From: Octopus vulgaris
Taxonomy: Eukaryota
Direction of reading: 5' to 3'
Assembly (NCBI GenBank): GCA_951406725.2
Contig: OX597833.1
Span: 17,918,001-17,982,000 of the forward strand
DNA: 64,000 nucleotides
The notes under the pieces are model-generated. The model was not told the DNA's origin. It did no database searches and saw nothing but the letters and a program-made list of their open reading frames with translations. The position numbers were made by a program, and so were the translations under genes. Position 1 is the first letter of the stretch; each line of letters starts with the position of its first letter. Positions 25,363 through 38,299 of this stretch are shown in pieces.

Positions 25363-26185
25363 AATTTATATATATATTTTATATAATAATGACCATACAA
25401 AAATAGACTGAAGATAAAAATATAACAAAACAAATGATACATAAGCGTTCAGAATGAATAACCAACACAAATACATATATATCTTAACTTAATTGTTTCC
25501 GAGACACGCGACTTCAAAAATAAAAACAAAAAATTGTTTTAACACCAAAAGAAAACATAAAAAACTCCATCCATTACAAAAGTATTAAAAAAAATACATT
25601 AAAAGTTCATTCATTAAAAAACATTAAAAAATATTAAAAGTTCATCCATTAAAAAAAATCATTAAAAGTTCACCTATCAAAAACGACATCCGTCCGCTAT
25701 AAAATAGTATACTTCAAGCATTTAAATAAAAATAAAAATAAAAATGACAACGTCAAGAAATTTTTTTTCTAAAGAACCAACAAAAATAAAAAGAAATAAC
25801 AGAAATACAAGATAAACATTTACTTCTATATATAAAATATAAATTGAATTAACGAATAAAATAAAAAGCAGAGATTGTGAATAATACAATTAATAACTTC
25901 CGCGTTGAGGCCTAAAAATTAAATAAATAAATCAGTCAGGCCTAGTCGACTAGCTAGATACAACCAGCTTAGTGATATCAAATTATGAATGCATTAAAAG
26001 CATTAGGAACATTAAAAGCAAATTAGCGATAATTTCATGGAGATTTGGGTCATAACCCAATAGAGATAACATCAAATCGAGGCATCACGCGAAAAGATAT
26101 TGTCAGGGTTTAGCATGCGCAGGGACCATCAGAAATGGGATTTATGGTGTCAAACAGACATATTATGCGTTTTGTCTTTGGGGGG

Positions 26186-26550
26186 TGTTTCAGTCATGAG
26201 GCTGCGGCCATGCTGTGGCAACGCCTTGAAGAACTTTTAACCGAATGAATCGACCAAGTTCTTATTTTCTTTTTAAAGCCAGCTACGTATTCTGTCGGTC
26301 ACTTTTGTCGAACCGTTAAGTTACGGGGACGGAAACAAACCAACGCCGGTTGTCAAGCGACGGTGTGGGACAAACACACACACACACACGTTAGGCTTCT
26401 TTCAGTTTCTGTATACCAAATCTACTAACAAGGCTTTGGTCGGCCCGTGGTTATACTAGAAGACACTTTCCCAAGGTGTCACGCTGCAGGACTGAACATT
26501 GAACCATGTGGTTGGAAAGCAAGCTTCTTACCACACAGCCACGCATGCGC
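26186..26550 (-). mobile_element. SINE family A, older subfamily
   Basis: Reverse complement similarity over the full length. Confidence 0.85.
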
Positions 26551-26559
26551 ATATACTTT

Positions 26560-26943
26560 CTCTTTTTACTCTTTTACTTGTTTCAGTCATTTGACTGTGG
26601 CCATGCTGGAGCACCGCCTTTAGTCGAGCAAATCGACCCTAGACTTATTCTTTGTACAGTACTTATTCTATCGGTGTCTTTTGCCGAACCGCTAATTTAC
26701 GGGGACGTAAACACACCACGATCGGTTGTCAAACGATGTGGGGGGGGGGACACAAACACAAACACATAAACACATACACACATATATATATATTCTTTTA
26801 TACGACGGGCTTCATTCAGTTTCCGTCTACCAAATCCACTCTGTTTGGTCGGCCCGAGGCTATACTAGAAGACACGCAGTGGGAATGAACCCGGAACAAT
26901 GTGGTTGGAAAACAAGCTTCTTATCACACAGCCACATTTGCGC
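26560..26943 (-). mobile_element. SINE family A
   Basis: Full length; shares a private deletion with 24965-25362. Confidence 0.9.
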
Positions 26944-27159
26944 ATATGTGCATGATAAATAATAGCCCTTTCTATTATAGGCACAAGGCCTGAAATTGTT
27001 GGGTGGAAGGGTACGTTCAAGCGACAAGCTACTTAATCGTGGAAGGACAAAAGGCAAGGTGGATGCGGACAAGCTCAACCAGAATTTTGACACTTATGAT
27101 AATATTCGTTAGTTTGGCTGTGTCAGCAAAATAAGCTACTGAAGTAGAGTTGAGTTACT

Positions 27160-27457
27160 TGTTCCTTCTCGAACCACGCCTGGCTCATAAGGGTTGGTTT
27201 CCCGTTTTCCTTGGCTTATAGGTTCCCCACCTGGAAGGGACGCCGGTCCGTCGCAGGTGAGCTGCAAGACGCAGGAGGAAAGAGTGAGAGAAAGTTGTGG
27301 CGAAAGAGTCAGCAGAAGTTCGCCATTACCTTCTGCCTGAGCCGCGTGGAGCTTAGGTGTTTCGCTCATAAACACACGCATCGCCCGGTCTGAGATTCGA
27401 ATCCGTGATCCCTCGACCGCGAATCCGCTGCTCTAATCACTAGGCCATGTGCCTCCA
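27160..27457 (-). mobile_element. SINE head D + variant V-like tail
   Basis: Minus-strand head TGGAGGCACATGGCCTAGTGATTAGAGCAGCGGATTCG; CTGCGACGGACCGGCGTCCCTTCCAG block. Confidence 0.85.
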
Positions 27458-27467
27458 CAAATAAATA

Positions 27468-27711
27468 CACCCTTTTAAAGCCTAGCCACGCTCATGGGCC
27501 CGGTTTCTCAGTTTCAATGGCGTATGTGTTCCCCAGCTGGATGGGACGCCTATCCATCGCAGCGTCACTCATTTTTGCCTGCTGAGTGGACTGGAGCAAC
27601 GTGAAATGAAGTGTTTTGCTCAAGAACACAACGCGTTACCCGGTCCAGGAATCGAAACCACAATCTTACGATCATGATGCTAACACCCTAACCACTAAGC
27701 CACGCGATCCA
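27468..27711 (-). mobile_element. SINE head C + V-like tail
   Basis: Homologous to 23964-24217. Confidence 0.9.
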
Positions 27712-28303
27712 CAGTAGAGATGAGTGGATATAAAAGACACAATTATAGAAAAACATACCGGAAAAAATAAGACAGGTTAATAATAACAAGAACAGATGAT
27801 GTCTGTAGATAGAGACCAAGGAAAAAAGTATATATATAACGAAGAAATAAAAAGTAAGAAGAGTAATAGAAAAGAAACGTAAAGAATGAATGTCTGGCGA
27901 TTATGGGACAAGAGCAAGACATGTTTGTTCTAAGCAACGCTAATAGGAAAGATGCAGCTCGTTCGAACTTAGGAAAACATAGGAATGATAGAAATATAGT
28001 GAAGACGAAAAGGTAAACAGAAAGTTCATAAATACCAGGGAATAACAAAACACTTGTATATGTATTAGACACATATGTTCCCTCAGGAATCGCATGCTTT
28101 AATGTCAACGCGTTCCTAAGCAGTGTTTACGTGGAGAGTTGAAGAAAGGGTACAGCTGTTAGAGGAATTTGCATCAATTGAATAATGCATCTACAGCTGT
28201 TCCATAGTTTTTATTTTTTTAGCCGTGAAAATAGTGTATATAGATTTATTGTTTACCTTCGTTATGACACAGGGTGTTGGTTAGTAAAGCTTCAGATGTG
28301 CAG

Positions 28304-28348
<45 letters not shown>

Positions 28349-28436
28349 ATTCATATATGTGTGTGTGAGTGTGTGTAGAACACACACACACACACACACA
28401 CACATATATTGTATATGTAAGTATAGATATAAATAT

Positions 28437-28846
28437 AGGCACAGGATGGCTCTGTGGTAAGAAGCTTGCTTCCCAACTACATGGTTCCGGGTTCAGTCCC
28501 ACTGTGTGGCACCTTGGGCAAGTGTCTTCTGCTGTAGCCGCGGACCGACCAAAGCCTTGTGAGTGGATTTGGTAGACGGAAACTGAAAGAAGCCCGTCGA
28601 ACATATATATTATATATATATATCTATATATATATATACATATTTGTGTGTGTGTCTCTGTTCGTCCCACCACCATCGCTTGACAACCGATGTTGATGTG
28701 TTACCGTACTTGTGACTTAGCAGTTCGGCAAAAGACCCCCTATAGAACAGGTACTAGGTTTACAGAGAATAAGTTCTGGGGTCGATTTGTTCGACTAAAG
28801 ATGGTGCTCCAGCAAGGCCGCAGTCAAATGACTGAAACAAATAAAA
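28437..28846 (+). mobile_element. SINE family A, full length
   Basis: Head, microsatellite and tail all present. Confidence 0.9.
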
Positions 28847-28887
28847 TAATTATATATATATATATATATATGCATTTATATTACATA

Positions 28888-29365
28888 TGAGTGTTTCCCA
28901 AAAGACTGTATACACACTTAAGCATTTGGTTACTTAACTTTCATTTCTTTTGTAAGAAATAACGAAAGGAACCAGACCAAACTTTGAACAAAGGAAATTT
29001 GACCTAAAGTTTTACTGGAAGTTTGAAAACTCAATCGAAGTGGAAAGATCGTTTAGGAGGGAATTTCAGAGCGTTCAAGCGTGTCGTGAGATAGGAATTT
29101 TAAAGTCAAGCGGCTATCGCATTTTGAAACACTGCCATTGGTAAAAGTTAGATTACGAAAATAGTCCATGCTTTCTATGAAGATGATCCGGACCAAAGAC
29201 TGGAAATTTGCAAGTGATACTTGGCGAAACACGGAAAATATGCACACTTACCAACAAAGACTTCTTGGAGTGATTAAGTTACATTTAAATTAAATGGCTC
29301 AATTTGCCATCACAACTGCACATACTGGGGACACGAAAATCTGCATATTATGGAGCAACATCAAA
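28888..29365 (+). pseudogene. Second degraded copy of the DUF4817/rosa-like Tc1-mariner transposase
   Basis: KGTRPNFEQRKF..YWKFENS..RREFQ; EDDPDQRLEIC; [29 protein letters not shown]; DNA homology to 22461-24830. Confidence 0.75.
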
Positions 29366-29429
29366 ATAAGCAACAAGGTTATCCCGAGGTAATGCATTAC
29401 CTCGGGATACCTTTGTTGCTTATTTTGAT
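29360..29429. repeat. 70-bp spacerless palindrome
   Basis: 35-bp arms centred on AATG|CATT; inner 30 bp perfect. Confidence 0.93.
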
Positions 29430-29503
29430 TATAATCACCCCATTTTGAATTATATGGATAATACCATACTGGTGCCTTTAACTTAAGTACCATATTCATT
29501 TGA

Positions 29504-29573
<70 letters not shown>

Positions 29574-29594
29574 ATATATATATATATATACATA

Positions 29595-30885
29595 CGAGGG
29601 GCGTTCAATAAGTAATGCTCCTGACCCACTTCCCATAGCAGTAGAGCAACGAAACTTGGCACAGGTATTAGTCTTTTTCAGCATAGGAACAACCCAGAGT
29701 TACTCATTTCTCCCATCGTTTGATACAGCTCTGGAGACCGTTTTCATAGAAGACCCCAGCTTGGTCCTCCAACCACGACGTGACTTCAGAAATCAAGGCT
29801 GCATCATCTGGGAAACGCTTTCCTTTCAAAAACAACTTCATGGCTGGGAAGAGGTGAAAATCAGAGGGTGCAAGGTCAAGAGAGTAGGGGGATGGGGGAA
29901 GTGTTCATAGCCGCACGCCTGTGCTTCTGATCTGGCGACACGCGAGTTGTGGACCGGAGCGTTGTCCTGCAGGAGGAGGATGCCTTTGGTGATCTTGCCC
30001 CGCCTCTTGATTTTGATAGCTTCTCTTAATTTCCTCAAAAGTGAAGCATGATAGGCTCCTGTAATTGTGGTACCCGTTGCCAGGAAATCTGTCATCACTA
30101 CTCCGTCCTGGTCCCAGAAGACTGTGAGCATGACCTTGCCAGCGGAGGGCTGCACCCTTGCCTTCTTTGGAGGAGGTGAGTCATTGGGGCTTCCACTGCA
30201 TTGACTGGGCTTTGGTCTCTGGATCATGGTGAAAGACCCAGGTCTCATCCTGTGTAATCAGTCTTTTGAAAAATTTTGACTCATCTTCTTGGTACATCCC
30301 TAAATTCATCCTCGAGCACTCGACGCGTTCTTGCTTCAGGAAAAGTGTGAGCAACCTGGGAATCCCTCTGGCAGACACTTTGCATATGCAAATGGTCATG
30401 AATGATAGTTTCCACAGACCCGGTACTAATCTTGACCTCATGGGCTATTTGGCGAATAGTTATGCGTCCATCTTCCAAAATAGCAGCCTCAACTTGACGG
30501 ACAGATGCCTCATCAATGGCAGAAGGGGTGCGACCAGATCTGGGAGCTGTTTCCACAGAGTTCCGACCATGTTTGAATTCACGATGCCAGCGTATTACAA
30601 GGTCATATGATGGGGCATCATCACCATAAGTTATTTTCATTTCATCAAAAGTTTCCTGTGGTGTGCGTCATTTCAAATACAAAAACCGGATCACTTCTCG
30701 ACACTCAACAGGCTCCATTTCCCACTTGACTCATTTCAAACACATGTAAATCAGAAACCACTATTAGTTCGGAGCTGTAATTTGCCACTTAATCTATAGA
30801 GATATAAATAATTACACATGCAAAATCTCAGCTAGATCAATCAAAAGCAAGTGGGTCAGAGGCATTACTTATTGAACGCCCCTCG
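29595..30885 (-). mobile_element. Full-length mariner DNA transposon (1291 bp), irritans-like termini
   Basis: 37-bp TIRs CGAGGGGCGTTCAATAAGTAATGC..CTGACCCACTT (2 mismatches) at 29595-29631 and 30849-30885; TA TSD on both sides. Confidence 0.96.
29668..30718 (-). pseudogene. Mariner transposase pseudogene (D,D34D)
   Basis: MEPVECREVIRFLYLK*...PRSGR...VSARGIPRLL...ITQDETWV...KVMLTVFWD...LQDNAPVH...YSLDLAPSDFHLF; about three frameshifts and two in-frame stops. Confidence 0.93.
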
Positions 30886-30962
<77 letters not shown>

Positions 30963-30963
30963 T

Positions 30964-30998
<35 letters not shown>

Positions 30999-31107
30999 AT
31001 GCACACGCACATATATAACATATAGGCATATAAATTTAATACATACATAAGTGTACTAAATGTATGTGTTTAAAATATATGTAATGTATATATGTGTGCT
31101 TGTGTGT

Positions 31108-31142
<35 letters not shown>

Positions 31143-31357
31143 CTTGATATGTATGTGTTTTCGTGTGTGCGTGTGTGTAATATACATATATTATATATAT
31201 TACACATTTTTACATACATACACACATCATCTATGTATATATACTCTCACACATTTTCAGACAGATGTGTGGCTAGACATAAATAAAACATGTATATTTA
31301 CTCCTTATCCCTAATATATCCGTACTTACAACTAGACACATAAATGAATATATAAAC

Positions 31358-31410
<53 letters not shown>

Positions 31411-31852
31411 CATGCACATATGAGCATGTATGTGTGTGTCTGATTTCATACATCTTTCGCAAGCCACCCAAACTTAGCCATAATGTTCTTCATGTTCTTC
31501 CTGTTGTCCCACTCCTTGTTTGCTTAGATTTAACTATTTCATAACATATTTCCTATCACTTATGTCTCGTCTCCGTTGACCTCGCTGACCCAACATGAAT
31601 TTGTTAACATCCGTAATTCGATGCCATATAAGTCGCATGGCGATGTTAGACGCACCCCAAATTCGGCGGTGCATATACAGAGGAAAAAAGGTTTTTTAAG
31701 TGCACAAAGGCATATAATAGTAAAAGCAACTTAGAATTTTGGAGCCCGAGTGATTTTCAGAGAGCAGACAATTTTTTTTTTTTTTGCATTTCGGGACGGT
31801 CATTTTTTTTTTTTTGCCAAAGAAACACACGCACTCTTTTACTTGAAATTAT

Positions 31853-32271
31853 CTTTTACTCTTTTACTTGTTTCAGTCATTTGACTGTGCCCATGCTGGA
31901 GCACCGTATTTAGTCGAGAAAATCGAACCCAGGACTTATTTTTGTAAGCCTAGTACTTATTCCATCGGTCTCTTTTTGCCAAACCGTTAAGTTAAAGTGG
32001 ACGTAAACACACCAGCATTGGTTGTCAAGCGATGTTGGCGGGACTAACACAGACTCACAAACATACACACGCATACACACACACACACACACACACATAC
32101 ACAACATACGGGCTTCATTCAGTTTCCGTCAACCAAATCCACTGACAAGACTTTGGTCAGCTCAAGGCTATAGCAGAAGACACTTTGCTCAAGGTGCCAC
32201 GCAGTGGACTGAACCCGGGAACCATGTGGTTCGTAAGCAAGCTACATACCACACATCTACTCACACGCCTG
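31853..32271 (-). mobile_element. SINE family A
   Basis: Reverse complement similarity over the full length. Confidence 0.88.
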
Positions 32272-32634
32272 TATATTTTTTCCTTACTTATTACTGTTCT
32301 TATTTTATTATTTTAACTCATGTCCATTATCCGGAAATCTTTCGTCACACATCTATGACCTCTTCAGCGACACTTTAAAAAAAAAAATCAGATAGAAACA
32401 CTACATATATACATATTTTTCCTTGGAGTTGGCCAGATTGGAGCAAACTCGAGTATAACCAGCCGAAATTGCAAAGATAATCTGGAACTCGACTGAGGAT
32501 AGAAAATTCTGAATGATCCGTCCTTGTTTTCCTTATATCGTCTGTCTGGATATTTTGTTTTTTTTTTTTTGTTTCACCTAACTGATGTTTTGCGTTCTTG
32601 TCCCATTTTTGTATTTTTACATACATACATTCAT

Positions 32635-32665
<31 letters not shown>

Positions 32666-33459
32666 TACACACACACACACATACACACATACATACATAC
32701 ATACAACCACACACACAGACATACACGCGCGTGTATCAGTGAGTGTTTGTGTGTGCGTATATATATATACATGTGTCTGTGCGCGTGTGTGTGTATATAT
32801 AAACTTGTATATATATAGGTATATAAAAATGCACATATACATACATACACATACACACACATATATACATATGTGTGTGTGTCTGCATATGTATGTATGT
32901 GTGTCTGTATGCAAGTAGATATGTATATATAAGTATATATGCGTATATATATATATATATATGTATATCTCTATCTATATTCAGGCAAAAAAAAGAAGTA
33001 ATTAACTTCGCATATAGAACTCGGGTTGAACTCTCTGCAACATTTTTATGGAGAAAAAAACTGCGTCTGATATGACATCAAATATCGTATAATTCATTGG
33101 TTCCTCTTTGTCTCTTCTTCAACAAATCAATACTTATTGAATTGCATGTTATGTTGATGGTATGATAGTCTAAGTCTAAGCAAGTCTGTCTTCAACATTG
33201 TCACTATGTATTGTTTAGTTTTGTAACTGATAAAAGTCATGAATGCTAAATTTCTTAGTTCCATCTATACTTTTTGTTCTCGACTTTGTCTTTTCCCACA
33301 TGTGCGTGTATATTTGAATGCATGTTTTTATCTATATGTATGTAATACGTGGGAAGGCGCGTGGCTTAGTGGTTAGGGGCATTAGAAATGTTATTCTTAC
33401 CAGCGAGAAATATATGTTGTTGGCATCATAAAAATTTTATAAAATTTCGAGAGGGTAAC

Positions 33460-34178
33460 TGACTATGGGATTGCACCTAGAAAGTTCCCCTTCGGGGCAT
33501 ACCAGCTTTCCCTCTCCACACCATTATATGTACATAGGGTAATGAGTAAAGACCCCCTTCGGTCATGAATGACCGTGGAGTTTCGTCTAGAAGGTTACCT
33601 TCCGAGGTACAAGTCCGGGTAAGATTGTTTGTGGAAGACCAGCAGTCGCCCATGCTTACCAGACTCCCCTATCCACATAATCATATGTACATAGGGTAAA
33701 GACCCCTTTTGGTCATGAATGACCATGTGATTGCATCTGGAAAGTTCCCCTCTGAGGTACAAGTCCGGGCAAGGTTGCTTATGGAAGACCAGCAGTCGCC
33801 CATGCACACCAGCCTCTCCTCTCCACACCATTATATGTGCACAGGGTAATGAGTAAAGACCCCCTTCGGTCATGAATGACTATAGGATTGCACCCAGAAA
33901 GTTCCCCTCCAAGGTACAAGTCCGGTCAAGGCTGTTTATGGAAGACCATCTTACAAGCCTCCCTTCTCCACACCACCGATGTTGTCCGAGGGACAGGCAA
34001 AGGCCGATACAGCTCGGCACCAGTGACGTCACAATTCATTTCTACAGCTGGGTGAACTGGAACAACATGAAATAAAGTGTCTTGCTCAAGAACACAACAC
34101 TTTTCCCGGTCCGGGATTCGAACTCACTCCTGCGTGATTGTGAGCCCGACGCTCTAACCACTGAGCCATGCGCCTTCA
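33460..34178 (-). mobile_element. SINE head C + tail E, with the tail and flank tandemly amplified (four units)
   Basis: GACCCC.T.GGTCATGAATGAC recurs at 33551, 33701 and 33858 (periods 150 and 157); head ends at 34178. Confidence 0.88.
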
Positions 34179-34247
34179 CAAATTTCGAGGGAACGCAAAC
34201 TAATTCTTGCTTAGGGATATCGAAGGAATATCCCAAGATGATGTAAT

Positions 34248-34642
34248 ACTCTTTTATTCTTTTATGTCATTTGACCGCGGCCATGCTGGAGCAACGCCTT
34301 TAGTCGAGCAAATCGACCCCAGGACTTATTCTTTGGAAGCTTAGTACTTATTCTATCGGTCTCTTTTGCTGAATCGCTAAGTTACGTGGACATAAACACA
34401 CCAGCATCGGTTGTCAAACGATGTTGGGGGGACAAACACAGACACACAAACATACACACACACACACATATATATACATATATACGACGGGCTTCATTCA
34501 GTTTCCGTCTACCAAATCCACTCACAAGGCTTTGATCGGCCCGAGGCTATAGTAGAAGACACTTGCCCAAGGTGCCACGCAGTGGGACTGAACCCGGAAC
34601 CATGTGGTTGGTAATCAAGCTACTTACCACACAGCCACTCCT
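34248..34642 (-). mobile_element. SINE family A
   Basis: Reverse complement similarity over the full length. Confidence 0.9.
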
Positions 34643-34789
34643 ATATATATTACATCATTTATACATGCATTATATTATACATATGTGTGTATATGTATAT
34701 ACTAGCTATATTTCACACACACACACACACGCATATATATGCGTGTGTGTATATATATATATATATATACTCACATACATATACACGCT

Positions 34790-34837
<48 letters not shown>

Positions 34838-35367
34838 ATTACAAGCACTGGATTTCAATTATAAATAACCGCATTCTCATAACTGACATAACGCCTGTAG
34901 CTGGTTTGATAGCTTTTCTGCTCTTGCCATCAGATGACTGCCTAAGCCTAATTTTGTTTTAATTGTTTTTGCGAGAAACGGAGCACATGATTTCGCCAAG
35001 AATTACACGAATATTAACTCCGCATTTGTCCAAAATGGTTTTTCAATCCAGTCGTAGATGAGCACTCCTTTGGGGCATAAAGAACAGCAGGGTCCCACTG
35101 GTGCCGTTGTGTCTCGTACTGGTTTGCTGATATGTAACCTGTCGGGAATGATAGCAATGCAACAACAAGTTGTGCAAATGATATATATATATATACAAAG
35201 CCTAAAGTTTACGACGCTATGCGTAACTATTTGATAAACAAATCGATTTTACTGCTTTTCCTAGTAATAGACCGCCATTTTGTTCAGTGTGTAATATTCC
35301 CAATTATCAGTGCTGGTGTTTCTCAGGAGCCGACCCAGAACCTTGGCTGATGTGTGTTAATTTTGGT

Positions 35368-35762
35368 GTAATGGATGGAAGCACTCCGTCGGTTACGACG
35401 ACGAGGGTTCCGGTTGATCCGAATCAACGGAATAGCCTGCTCGTGAAATTAACGTGTAAGTGGCCGAGCACTCCACAGACACGTGCACCTTTAACGTAGT
35501 TCTCGGGGATATTCAGCGTGACACAGAGAGTGACAAGGCCGGCCCCTTGAAATACAGGTACAACAGAAACAGGAAGTAAGAGTGAGAGAAAGTTGTGGTG
35601 AAAGAGTACAGCAGGGATCACCACCATCCCCTGCCGGTGACTCGTGGAGCTTTTTAGGTTTTTTTCGCTCAATAAACACTCACAACGCCCGGTCTGGGAA
35701 TCGAAACCGCGATCCTATGACCGCGAGTCCGCTGCCTTAACCACTGGGCCATTGCGCCTCCA
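35368..35762 (-). mobile_element. SINE head D + a third, longer tail
   Basis: Head TGGAGGCGCAATGGCCCAGTGGTTAAGGCAGCGG as at 5715-6017; diverges after the CTCACTCTT..TTCCTGTTTC block and ends GTCGTAACCGACGGAGTGCTTCCATCCA. Confidence 0.85.
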
Positions 35763-36483
35763 CTTTGGTGCCATGACCAGGTACTTAACGCCGTTTGGTT
35801 CAGCAGAAACCAAACCAGAAAGACAGCCAGATCTTTTTTTAAAGCTGGGTAGAAGCCCGCACGGCCGCTACAGATAACACTGCGCTTACTTTCCACAGCT
35901 ATTGACTGATATCTTGTGGATCTTGTAAAACATCTAAAGTTTCCTGAGCACAATGACACTCCGCCCAGACATATATATTTCACTCCACCCCTTTCTGAAG
36001 TTATTGTTCTCGGTGACAATCTCTTGTAGTTCTCACATTCATCCCATGCTGAGGCTGCCAGTGCAGAAACCGAATCTTTTGTTACATTCTCAGCTCTTCA
36101 CACAAAACTGTTTCATTCCTTCTCACACACCCTAAACCGACACACAGACACCGCATGCGGCACTACTGCACATTAGCAAATAGCTTTAACACTACTTGTA
36201 TACATTTGTAGCTGTTGATTCGATTTCGTTTCCGAAACGGGGAAAGTCTACAGTATTGATGAGCAAAAATAAGAAAAAAAACCCCAAAAAACCGAAATAT
36301 TGATACCTGTCGTTCTCGCTCACTTCCGGGACAGTTTTGTTTCGCTTATCTTTGAATTATACTGTTTCTTCTTTAACTATACATTTTTAAAAGTATTTCT
36401 CCCTGATGCAAAACTGCAGCAGCAGCAGCAGCTACAAGCATGCATTAAGTACGTAGCATTGGTAAGAATTGCTTCAAATATAG

Positions 36484-36516
<33 letters not shown>

Positions 36517-36919
36517 GAGTGGCTGTGTGGTAAGTAGCTTGCTAACCAACCACATGGTTCCGGGTTCAGTCCCACTGCGTGGCATCTTGGGCAAGTGTCT
36601 TCTACTATAGCCCCGGGCCGACCAATGCCTTGTGAGTGGATTTGGTAGACGGAAACTGAAAGAAGCCTGTCGTATATATGTATATATATATATGTGTGTG
36701 TGTGTGTGTTTGTGTTTGTCCCCCTAGCATTGCTTGACAACCGATGCTGGTGTGTTTACGTCCCCGTCACTTAGCGGTTCGGCAAAAGAGACCGATAGAA
36801 TAAGTACTGGGCTTACAAAGAATAAGTCCCGGGGTCGATTTGCTCGACCAAAGGCGGTGCTCCAGCATGGCCGCAGTCAAATGACTGAAACAAGTAAAAG
36901 AGTAAAAGAGTAAAAGAGT
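36517..36919 (+). mobile_element. SINE family A, young copy
   Basis: Near-consensus; (TAAAAGAG)3 tail; sits in (TA)n. Confidence 0.93.
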
Positions 36920-37384
36920 ATATATATATATATATATATATATATGTTCCAAGAAAGTTAGACGTTGGGAATCCAACCAACTAAGGGATAATATCTATCC
37001 AATATACTGCTGGTAGAATACCCAATTATTAATACACAAGTGTTTTTTTTTATTGCATTGCAATTACATTACCGAGTGTACTAAATGGGTGAGGATAAAG
37101 AGATATTTTACCATTAATTTATAGAGCAATAAGAAAATGGAGGGGATCAAGAGGTGGTTCATCAACTTTTAGACATTATATTATGTCAATTTATTTATTT
37201 ATTTACTAAAATGATAGTTACAAGAATATACATACATGTATAACATTATGCTTTACATATAAAATATATAAAGATACCAGTAATTATTAAAATATATAAC
37301 ATACAGGAATAGAAATTGGGAAAATATCTTACAGCTGTTTCAGCCAAGAGAATGGTATTTTGGAAATTATGATAATTTTTTAGA

Positions 37385-37770
37385 AAAGTCCCAAATGGGG
37401 GATCACTGAAAAATGCATATTTATCCTTTTCTATTCAATTGCAATAATAAACAGTTTTTTTTTAAAAACTATAGTATTAAATATGAATCTGTGTGAAATA
37501 TCAATGAATGATATAGATGGGAAAAAAAAAGTTTCAAAAGTTTTCAAAACGGTCGATATTTTTGTAGTTCAAAATTGCGATTTATGACATAAAATGTCTT
37601 CTAGAAGTAACCAGAGCTAATAATGACAAACTTTAACTCCTGAATATTGTTAAACACACCTCTGCAAATTTAGTGTAGATAAGCAATTCACTTTAAATAC
37701 AACGAAGAACCGGCAGTGAGACTGTTTTTAGCAGATCCCCAAATGGGGCTCGTGGCAGGCAATGGGTTAA
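37385..37770. mobile_element. piggyBac-like non-autonomous element end
   Basis: Ends GGCAGGCAATGGG|TTAA; subterminal CCCAAATGGGG motif at both ends of the segment; other terminus not found. Confidence 0.45.
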
Positions 37771-37817
37771 GTACGGGTGCCTGTTTCTGGATAATGCAAT
37801 ATGGGTGGACATTTTAT

Positions 37818-38124
37818 GTGGAGGCGCACGGCTCAGTGGTTAGAGTGTCGAGCTTACGATCGTGAGGTTGTGAGTTCGAATCCTGGACCGGGCTACGTGT
37901 TGTGTTCTTGAGCAAGACACTTTATTTCAAGTTGCTCCAGTTCATTCAGCTGCAGAAATGAGTTGCCTTTCTCTTGGAATAACATCGGTGGCGTGGAGAG
38001 GGGAGGCCGGTATGCATGGGCGGCTGCTGGTCATCCATAAACAACCTTGCCCGGACTTGTGCCTCGGAGGGTAACTTTCTAGGTGCAATCCCATGGTCAG
38101 TCATGACAGAAGGGGAATGTCTCA
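37818..38124 (+). mobile_element. SINE head C + tail E with TSD
   Basis: A-box CGGCTCAGTGG, B-box GTTCGAATCC; TSD GGACATTTTAT at 37807-37817 and 38127-38137. Confidence 0.9.
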
Positions 38125-38299
38125 GCGGACATTTTATTGTACACATACACACACCTCTAACTTCCAGGTCAAAGAAATATCGCCATAACCAACATCACGT
38201 CTATCGTCCCTACAACTGCCACAACCATCACCACCACCACCACCACCACCACCACCACCGTCATCACTAACAACTTATGGTCATGAACACATCATCATA

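Noticed and set aside
27740-28180. Purine-skewed tract (also the pyrimidine-skewed tract at 20320-20700) as a Penelope ORF remnant
   Set aside because: Composition is suggestive, but no RT or GIY-YIG motif could be read.
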